NCBI GenBank assembly: GCA_021734865.1
Contig: JAIPIC010000002.1
Location: 1 to 63,473, forward strand
Length of the DNA stretch: 63,473 nucleotides
Direction: 5' to 3'
Origin: Candidatus Woesearchaeota archaeon
Lineage (GTDB): Archaea > Nanobdellota > Nanobdellia > Woesearchaeales > JAIPIC01
Of this stretch, positions 57,005 through 63,473 are shown piece after piece. The notes beneath the pieces are model-generated. The model was not told the DNA's origin, did not search any database, and worked only from the letters and a program-made list of their open reading frames with translations. A program made the position numbers and the translations under genes. Each line of letters starts with the position of its first letter. Positions within the stretch are counted from its first letter, which is position 1.

Positions 57005-57664
57005 ATGTGGCAAGCGATCTTTGAAGGAAAGCACGATAGTTGCACAATTGCTCCTCTGTGTATGAAATACAGTATAACAGATTTTATCTATCTTCTAAAT
57101 GCATGGCAAGAGGAAGATTCTTTCTTCTATAGTGAAGTACATATATTACAGGGGCATGAGGAAAATAAGAAAAAATTCATTTCAACACTAAAGAAAGGGG
57201 CAAGTATTCTTAAATTTGAACAAAACGGAAATTTCATAGTGACATTACAAAAAAGACCAAAGTGGATGGCTGCTTATATCCCATTATGGGATAAGAGAAT
57301 CATACAGACTAAGCCAGTCATCCAAAGATCTGATGGAACAGAACAGTGGGAAATGTCAGCTTGGGAAAAAGAACCTCTTATGCATATATTAGAAAGGCTT
57401 CCCAAAGAGTTTGAGATCAAGCTGAAGTCAATCACTCGGACTAAAATAGGAAATATATTTATGCCTCATATAATGCCAAGATTAAGTGCTAGACAGGAAG
57501 AAGTAATTCATCTGGCCATAAAAAAGGGTTACTATGATTTCCCTAGGAATGTTAACCTTAATGATCTATCCAGTGAATCAAATCTGACAAAATCAACCTA
57601 TTTACAGCATCTGAGAATCGCTGAGAAAAAAATAATACCTTATCTTATAGAAAATATCCTCTAA
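57005..57664 (+). CDS. HTH_10 (Bat-type) transcriptional regulator
   Basis: ATG 57005. C-terminal LSARQEEVIHLAIKKGYYDFPRNVNLNDLSSESNLTKSTYLQHLRIAEKKI. Confidence 0.7.
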   Translation: MWQAIFEGKHDSCTIAPLCMKYSITDFIYLLNAWQEEDSFFYSEVHILQGHEENKKKFISTLKKGASILKFEQNGNFIVTLQKRPKWMAAYIPLWDKRIIQTKPVIQRSDGTEQWEMSAWEKEPLMHILERLPKEFEIKLKSITRTKIGNIFMPHIMPRLSARQEEVIHLAIKKGYYDFPRNVNLNDLSSESNLTKSTYLQHLRIAEKKIIPYLIENIL

Positions 57665-57695
57665 TTTAGATACTCCTGCTTGGTATGGGTACCAA

Positions 57696-58733
57696 TCACT
57701 TCTTAACGAATAATGTTCTCGTAGGGAATGGGATTCCTATCTTTGCCTTATTTAATGCGTTATAGATAGCAGTTGTGGCTTCCACTTTTGCACTTAATCT
57801 TTCAGATACATCATCAATCCAGAATCTTGCGCTGAAATTAAGTGAGAAATCTGCCATCTCCAAAAACAAGACCTGTGGAGCTGGATCTTTCAAAGCAGGT
57901 TTAATTTTGTCCAAAACACCAAGAATTAACTTCTCGACCTTCTCAACCTTAGTACCATATTCTACACCAAATTTGATATTGACCCTATACTGGAGGTTGG
58001 GTAATTTGAAATTTTGTATAATTGAATTTGCAATCTGTCCATTAGGCACGACCAACAGCTCATTATCGAATGTCTTGATTTTTGTACTCCTTAATCCTAC
58101 ATCTAAAACAGTGCCTTGTTGACCACTATTAAGCAGGACAACATCATTTCGCTTGATAGCTCCATCAAGGATTAATGATATACCTCCAAAAATATTTGCT
58201 AAACTATCCTTAACAGCAAAACCAATAGCGATACCAGCAATACCAAGACCAGCAATAGCGCCTGTTACATCAATACCCCATGTGGAAAGAACTACTAAGG
58301 CAGCAATAATGTACAAAGTAACCTTAATTGATTTCCTCGCAAGCGGGAGGATATCATTGTCAAGTGATGAGCGAGTTTTCCTAGAAAATGCCTTAGCCCA
58401 GTGTCTTAGTATAATATCTATGACCTTTACAGCTATTATGAATAAAATAAATAAAAAGATAGACACATCAATCTTCTGGGCTATGTCAATAATTTGGTTC
58501 TCTGCACTGAGGTATTCCAAAGCCAGTCTGATACCAAATATCAATATTAACCATGTCAAAGGTGATTTCGTTTCCTCTACAATCTCATCATCAATAGTAT
58601 TTTTAGTCTTCCTAGTTAATGCAATAATTGTCTTCTCGACTAGAATAGCGAAAAGCCTCGAGAAAACAACGAAAAACAGAACTATAAGACCTGAAATAAC
58701 ATATTCATTATATAGCAACTCAGTAAATTCCAT
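57696..58733 (-). CDS. small-conductance mechanosensitive channel (MscS family)
   Basis: Multiple N-terminal TM helices, pore-helix region GIAGIAIGFAVKDSLANIFGGISLILD, and beta/alpha-beta domains. Confidence 0.85.
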   Translation of the reverse strand: MEFTELLYNEYVISGLIVLFFVVFSRLFAILVEKTIIALTRKTKNTIDDEIVEETKSPLTWLILIFGIRLALEYLSAENQIIDIAQKIDVSIFLFILFIIAVKVIDIILRHWAKAFSRKTRSSLDNDILPLARKSIKVTLYIIAALVVLSTWGIDVTGAIAGLGIAGIAIGFAVKDSLANIFGGISLILDGAIKRNDVVLLNSGQQGTVLDVGLRSTKIKTFDNELLVVPNGQIANSIIQNFKLPNLQYRVNIKFGVEYGTKVEKVEKLILGVLDKIKPALKDPAPQVLFLEMADFSLNFSARFWIDDVSERLSAKVEATTAIYNALNKAKIGIPFPTRTLFVKK

Positions 58734-58777
58734 TTGTTTGGTAAATTCGCAGTAAAATATAAATGTTTCTTAAATAT

Positions 58778-58970
58778 GGTAAAGTCAACTAACGTGGGTT
58801 TGGGTAACAAATATATGCAAAGCAGATTTTGGGACTGTAAATTACTCTATTTACAGTAAATACTTCTTTGCAAAAAGGATTCATCGTTGGGTTTCTCCGT
58901 CGATGAATTTAGACATGAATTTTGCTTTTTACAAAGAAGAACTATTTAACCCACTTAAGTTGACTTTACC
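58778..58970. mobile_element. 193-bp MITE-like element: 23-bp imperfect terminal inverted repeats and a 9-bp target-site-like duplication
   Basis: Left TIR GGTAAAGTCAACTAACGTGGGTT (58778-58800). Reverse complement of the right TIR is GGTAAAGTCAACTTAAGTGGGTT (58948-58970), matching 21/23. CTTAAATAT directly abuts both ends (58769-58777 and 58971-58979). Nested internal inverted repeats and no ORF. Confidence 0.6.
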
Positions 58971-59010
58971 CTTAAATATTTAACAAGGATATCTTAAGAT
59001 GTGATTATTA

Positions 59011-59265
59011 GTGAAAGTTAGAAAACCAACAACAGACGAGATTAAACAAGCAGAAAACTGGCCAGTGTGGGAGAAAGAACCATCTTAATTTGACTGGGAA
59101 TATTCAGATCAGGAAACATGTCATATCCTAGAAGGCAATGTGAAAGTCAAATCAGACACCGAAGAAATATCGTTTGGACCGAGAGATTGGGTTGTATTTC
59201 CAAAAGGACTAAAATGTACCTGGAAAATTAATGTAAAAATAAGAAAACATTACAAATTTGGTTGA
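59011..59265 (+). pseudogene. cupin_3 (DUF861)-like small cupin interrupted by an in-frame TAA
   Basis: Hand translation from GTG 59011: VKVRKPTTDEIKQAENWPVWEKEPS*FDWEYSDQETCHILEGNVKVKSDTEEISFGPRDWVVFPKGLKCTWKINVKIRKHYKFG. The stop is at 59086-59088, where family members carry E or K. Confidence 0.6.
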
Positions 59266-59792
59266 GCCTGTTTTTTCTCCTCTAAAACGATTGCACACTG
59301 CCCTGGGAACTTCTGTCTTACCCTGTTAGCAGCTCGCTTCGCAAATGCGAGATGTTGTTTATTGACTTTAATCTCAAACAGAGTCTGACCTTTTTTTATT
59401 CTGGCTGCAATTCCGATTGGTTTACCAAAAGATTTCTTCATACCTGTACTCATCCTGTCCGCTCCTGCACCAGCTGCCAGAGGGTTTTCTCTAAGGATGT
59501 GGTGTGGATACATCCTGATTCTCAAGAAATAGCCCATCTTACCTGCATTCTTTTCAAGAATCCTATTGCATGACTGTCTGGCTGATTCAATAGCATTGTG
59601 GCGTATTTGAATATCTTGTTTTGAGACAACATTGAAGGTATGCGTAAAGTCCTTCTTAACATCACCCATATTAAATCTGACAATTTTGGAATTGGGACGA
59701 GCCCTAACAAAATTATGCTTTCTGAACTTTGAAATCCTTGTATAAGGTCTTTCTACTCTTCTATATGCGACGAATTTTCTTAGTTTTGCCAT
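59250..59792 (-). CDS. rpl10e: 50S ribosomal protein L10e (uL16)
   Basis: MAKLRKFVAYRRVERPYTRISKFRKHNFVRARP...RMYPHHILRENPLAAGAGADRMSTGMK. Confidence 0.95.
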   Translation of the reverse strand: MAKLRKFVAYRRVERPYTRISKFRKHNFVRARPNSKIVRFNMGDVKKDFTHTFNVVSKQDIQIRHNAIESARQSCNRILEKNAGKMGYFLRIRMYPHHILRENPLAAGAGADRMSTGMKKSFGKPIGIAARIKKGQTLFEIKVNKQHLAFAKRAANRVRQKFPGQCAIVLEEKKQAQPNL

Positions 59793-59936
59793 TTTAACTC
59801 AGAGTTCTCTGGGAATATCAAAACATTTATAAAGTTTTACATATGAAATATGCACAGGGGAAAAGGAATACTAATGACTTGGAATTCATTTTAAATTTAA
59901 AAATATCAATTTAGATTGGTTCAGAGGGGTGAAAGA

Positions 59937-60236
59937 ATGATACAACTTGGCGGTAATATTGAACTAACTGGTTTTCGTGAATTAGATCGAAGCATAATGA
60001 TAATTGTTAAGAAAATGGTAGGCAATTATGTGAAGAAATTCACTGAAAGACTAGAAGGCTTTGAGAAACTCTCTCTGACCTTAAAAACAGTTCATCAGAC
60101 TGAAAAATCTGAAAAATATGAAATAAAAGCTATGCTTGTACACAAAGGAAAAATCCACAACTCAGAGAGGGTTGAGTATAATCTCTTTGTTGCTATAGAT
60201 GAAGCATTGAAAGCATTAGAAGCCTCAGTGGACTAA
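59937..60236 (+). CDS. 99-aa protein with an HPF/RaiA (S30AE)-like sequence pattern (tentative)
   Basis: AGAGGGGTGA RBS then ATG 59937. The pattern IQLGGNIELT / long helix / LSLTLK / YEIKAMLVHKGKIHNSE / NLFVAIDEALKALE parallels E. coli HPF (compare QLNITGNNVEIT ... DATLHVNGGEIHASAEGQDMYAAIDGLIDKL). Confidence 0.45.
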   Translation: MIQLGGNIELTGFRELDRSIMIIVKKMVGNYVKKFTERLEGFEKLSLTLKTVHQTEKSEKYEIKAMLVHKGKIHNSERVEYNLFVAIDEALKALEASVD

Positions 60237-60288
60237 AAACGTCTTTCTGATAAATATATATTCTGTATATTCTGACCGATATACAGGA

Positions 60289-60459
60289 TTATTTGTCAGA
60301 TACTGCTGTTTCTTTGTATTCTCTTCTGTATTCAGCATATTTATCTTCTGGAGAAAATTTTGGTGGGTGCGGTCTGTGTGTTGGATTACCACAAGTGGGA
60401 CAGGTTTCACTGAGAGAATAAGAATCGCATTCAGAGCAGAATTGAATGTGAAGGGCCAT
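60289..60459 (-). CDS. nop10: H/ACA RNP protein Nop10 (56 aa, absent from the ORF track)
   Basis: Hand translation: MALHIQFCSECDSYSLSETCPTCGNPTHRPHPPKFSPEDKYAEYRREYKETAVSDK. It has a Zn ribbon plus the PxKFSPxDKY motif. The ATG starts immediately after the aIF2-alpha stop. Confidence 0.9.
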   Translation of the reverse strand: MALHIQFCSECDSYSLSETCPTCGNPTHRPHPPKFSPEDKYAEYRREYKETAVSDK

Positions 60460-61254
60460 CTACTCTATCCTCTTGAAATCAAATTCGCTCTTCTTGTCAA
60501 GTTTCTTCTTAATCGAATCAATTGTTTTCTTGAGCAATTTTTCAGCAACAGGATATTCCTTGGACATAATCTGAATTTTATGCTTACCTGCTCCAAGATA
60601 ATTGACGGTTATATTTTCTTTGTCAACCTTAAATGCACTATTTAGGGCATCTTTGATATTTTCAATTCCCTCAGGAGCATAGCTTTTTATTGATATTTCT
60701 CCCTTTATGCATACATTTGGTTCTTTAATTCTCTGTCTGATTATTTCATCCAGGTCCTTGAGCAAAGATTTTGGCACATAATCTTCGAGCTTTACTTCTC
60801 CAGCAACATAATCTTCAAACATGTCGTAGAGCGAGTCATAATCATCAAATACTTTTTTACCGATTAGATCATACAATTCTCTTGTTTCTTTCTTGTGCTT
60901 CTTAGCAACAAACTCCAAAATCTTCTCTGCAATATTTTCCTGTTTGATCTGATCGATTTTTGTTCTTCTTTGATGCTCAGAAACCCTTCTAAGTGATAAG
61001 TCAATCTGGTTTCTTTCTTCATTAACTCGAAGAACCTTACAGACGATGACCTTGCCTTCTTTGACATAATCATTTAGATTTCTGATTCTTCCAGGACTGA
61101 TTTCAGAAATGTGTATCATCCCTGAAAGATGGCCATACTCATTAAGTCGTGCGAAGACTGAATGGAAATGTATCTTTGTTACAGTACATAACACTATGTC
61201 TGACTCTTCCGGTAAACCTTCCTTTTGTCTAAACATCTTATTCAAGAACCTCAA
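60460..61254 (-). CDS. eif2a: translation initiation factor aIF2 alpha subunit
   Basis: N-terminal S1 domain (GLPEESDIVLCTVTKIHFHSVFARLNEYGHLSGMIHISEIS) plus helical and alpha-beta domains, in the conserved position between S27e and Nop10. Confidence 0.9.
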   Translation of the reverse strand: MRFLNKMFRQKEGLPEESDIVLCTVTKIHFHSVFARLNEYGHLSGMIHISEISPGRIRNLNDYVKEGKVIVCKVLRVNEERNQIDLSLRRVSEHQRRTKIDQIKQENIAEKILEFVAKKHKKETRELYDLIGKKVFDDYDSLYDMFEDYVAGEVKLEDYVPKSLLKDLDEIIRQRIKEPNVCIKGEISIKSYAPEGIENIKDALNSAFKVDKENITVNYLGAGKHKIQIMSKEYPVAEKLLKKTIDSIKKKLDKKSEFDFKRIE

Positions 61255-61423
61255 GTATTCTTGATTTTATTTTTGTCTTGCCCCCAGATGGTTCAGCAAT
61301 GACTTTCTCGCAGACAAGACATTTGATCTTGCTTGCAGATTTGCCGAATACGATCTGCTCATTCTTGCACTTTGGGCATCTAACTTTTATGAATTTGCTA
61401 TTGGTTTCTTTTATTTCAGTCAT
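61238..61423 (-). CDS. rps27e: 30S ribosomal protein S27e
   Basis: FIKVRCPKCKNEQIVFGKSASKIKCLVCEKVIAEPSGGK (C4 zinc ribbon). Confidence 0.9.
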   Translation of the reverse strand: MTEIKETNSKFIKVRCPKCKNEQIVFGKSASKIKCLVCEKVIAEPSGGKTKIKSRILEVLE

Positions 61424-61439
61424 TTTAACACCTTTTTAT

Positions 61440-63044
61440 TCAATACATAGAGGCATCGGGTCCTGGTGCTTGCTGCTTCATACCCTCTGCTTTAATAATA
61501 TCGTCGATACGTAGTATCATGACAGCAACTTCACTAGCACTGGTCAGTGCTTGTGTCTTAACCTTGAGCGGCTCTACGACACCCATTTTCCAGGAATCAA
61601 CGACACGTGCTTCATAAACATCCAGTCCTGCACCTTTTTCCCCTTTTTCATGAGCTGCCTTCAACTCAGTAAGCATGTCTATTGGGTCGATCCCTGCATT
61701 TTCAGCTAATGTTTTAGGGATTATTTCCAACGAATGTGCATATGCTTTTACAGCAAGCTGCTCTTTCCCACTTAAAGTTTCAGCAAATTTGGATAATTTC
61801 CCTGCAATTTCAATCTCTGTTGCACCTGCACCTGGGACTACCTTACCTATCCTAAGAGCTGCTGCAAGGTCTCCAATTGCGTCTTCCATGGCTCGTTTTA
61901 TCTCATCAACATAATGCTCTGTTCCACCACGGATGAGGATTGTCACCGATTTAGGATTATTACATCCCCTGACATATATCATTTCCTCGTCGCCAGTCTT
62001 GACTTCTTCAACAATACCTGCTTTACCTAAATCTGCTTCTGTCAGATCTTCCAAATTGGACACGACTGTCCCACCTGTAGCCCGAGCAAGATTTTCCATA
62101 TCTGATTTCTTCACCCTTCTAACAGCAAAAATCTTCTTCTTTGCAAGAAAATGCTGTGCCATATCATCAATACCTTTCTGGCAGAATACAACATTAGCAC
62201 CGCTTTTTTCTATCTGATTGACCATGTCTCTCAGCATCTTCTCTTCCTGATCTATGAAAGACTGCATCTGATTGGGATCAGTAATCTGGATCTTTGCATC
62301 CATTTCCGTACTTCTTATCTCAATAGGAGTATTTATTAGAGCAATCTGAGCATCTTTGACAGATGGAGGCATCCCTTTGTGTACCCTTTCCTTATCAAGA
62401 ATTATTCCTTCCACAAGTTCAGAATCCTCAACGCCTCCTCCTACCTTCTTTTCAATCTTTATATTGTCAGTATCAAGCTTATCTTCATTGACCTTCAGAA
62501 TCGAATTTACTGCAATTTCAGCTAAATCCTCTCTGGCAGCCTCAGCGCCTTTTCCAGTCATAGCAGTAGTTGCAATATTAATTAATAAATCCTTATCCTT
62601 AGCAGTAACAGGTTTAGTAATTTCTTCAAGCAATTCAATTGCTTTAGAAGTTGCTCTTCTATATCCTCTGGCGATGACAGTTGGGTGGATATTTTGATCA
62701 AGCAGACCCTCAGCAGATTTTAGAAACTCACCAGCCAAAACAACAGCAGTTGTAGTGCCATCTCCTACCTCATCTTCCTGCGTCTTAGCGATCTCAATGA
62801 TCATCTTAGCACTTGGATGCTCTATACTCATCTCCTCAAGGATTGTTACACCATCATTGGTTATTGTGACATCTCCCAAAGAATCGACAAGCATTTTGTC
62901 CATTCCTTTTGGTCCAAGTGTGGTCCGTACTGTCTCTGCGACCATCTTTGCCGCCATAATATTTATCTTTTGAGCGTTCTTGCCTTGAGATCTCTGAGAT
63001 CCTTCCGGTAATATGAATATTGGTTGTATATGATTATTAGACAT
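61440..63044 (-). CDS. ths: thermosome subunit (group II chaperonin)
   Basis: [43 protein letters not shown], GGGAxE-type motifs and length all fit. GGGAGGGAT RBS. Confidence 0.95.
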   Translation of the reverse strand: MSNNHIQPIFILPEGSQRSQGKNAQKINIMAAKMVAETVRTTLGPKGMDKMLVDSLGDVTITNDGVTILEEMSIEHPSAKMIIEIAKTQEDEVGDGTTTAVVLAGEFLKSAEGLLDQNIHPTVIARGYRRATSKAIELLEEITKPVTAKDKDLLINIATTAMTGKGAEAAREDLAEIAVNSILKVNEDKLDTDNIKIEKKVGGGVEDSELVEGIILDKERVHKGMPPSVKDAQIALINTPIEIRSTEMDAKIQITDPNQMQSFIDQEEKMLRDMVNQIEKSGANVVFCQKGIDDMAQHFLAKKKIFAVRRVKKSDMENLARATGGTVVSNLEDLTEADLGKAGIVEEVKTGDEEMIYVRGCNNPKSVTILIRGGTEHYVDEIKRAMEDAIGDLAAALRIGKVVPGAGATEIEIAGKLSKFAETLSGKEQLAVKAYAHSLEIIPKTLAENAGIDPIDMLTELKAAHEKGEKGAGLDVYEARVVDSWKMGVVEPLKVKTQALTSASEVAVMILRIDDIIKAEGMKQQAPGPDASMY

Positions 63045-63473
63045 TCAAATCCCTCCCATTTATCAGAATGTGGTGGACTGGGATTTATTATATAAATGTT
63101 ACGTGAATAATGGGCAAACAAATGAATTGCCACAATTATATGAAGAACGGCCTTCTATTGCCGGTGACATCTCATTATAAGAGAAAATTTAATTATTTGT
63201 AATGTGAAATTTACCAATATAATTATATTTATTACTAATATAATTATAATTTTTACTAATTTATTAATGTTTTTCTAGAATATTCTTGAATATAGATGTA
63301 AGGTGTTTACGAGTTACTTTTAGTCATATTTTTCTTTTCTTCATTACATTTTTAGGATACCTTGGGCTTTAGCCCAAGTTGTAGTTGGTGAATCCTGCCC
63401 TCCGTAAGTTTTTTCTACCATTTTAACTATGAAATATACGCGCGACGAAAATCGGCGCACGCATCTAATCTAC

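Noticed and set aside
60225-60410. 61-aa minus-strand ORF from the track
   Set aside because: It is a frame shadow of the hand-identified Nop10 gene (60289-60459).
61675-62973. Multiple plus-strand ORFs
   Set aside because: They are antisense to the thermosome gene.
63361-63378. Hairpin considered as a tRNA-Lys(UUU) anticodon arm
   Set aside because: The best pairing is a 7-bp stem with a 4-nt loop, not 5 bp with a 7-nt loop. Position 33 would be C, and no acceptor, D or T arms flank it.

Overview
This is an AT-rich (roughly one-third G+C by eye), densely coding archaeal chromosome segment. Archaeal identity rests on the thermosome, aIF2-alpha, Nop10, S27e, L10e, TFE, Rad50, Taw3 and a Nog1-type GTPase. 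A few bacterial-type genes (LepB-type signal peptidase I, RsmI) and many large orphan surface proteins suggest an uncultivated small-genome (DPANN-like) archaeon, but that is inference only. Housekeeping content includes ahcY, metG, purB, purM, a ROK kinase, a four-gene sugar-nucleotide cluster (two nucleotidyltransferases, UDP-GlcNAc 2-epimerase, phosphohexomutase), a MoxR-DUF58-VWA operon, MscS, an MthK-like channel and a translation cluster (L10e; S27e-aIF2alpha-Nop10; thermosome). I found no rRNA, tRNA or CRISPR array. The best candidate for an undescribed system is a translationally coupled five-gene operon (9041-18408). It encodes only secreted or membrane proteins with no family I recognise: a 1314-aa Ig-repeat protein ending in a coiled-coil plus Cys-rich hydrophobic module, a 761-aa protein with a pilin-type N-terminus, a polytopic membrane protein and two smaller partners. 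Other points of interest are listed below.
- A 193-bp MITE-like element with 23-bp terminal inverted repeats and a perfect 9-bp flanking duplication.
- A cupin gene with an in-frame TAA.
- An HPF/RaiA-like small protein in the translation cluster.
- A Nop10 gene missing from the ORF track.
- A ribbon-helix-helix domain fused to a degenerate nucleotidyltransferase.
- A TIM-barrel protein split by a ~315-aa insertion.
- A K+ channel with a degenerate selectivity filter.
- A U32-family protein paired with a SAM methyltransferase.
- Two coding tandem repeats that behave oppositely at the nucleotide level.
All family assignments come from motif recognition by eye, with no searches run.
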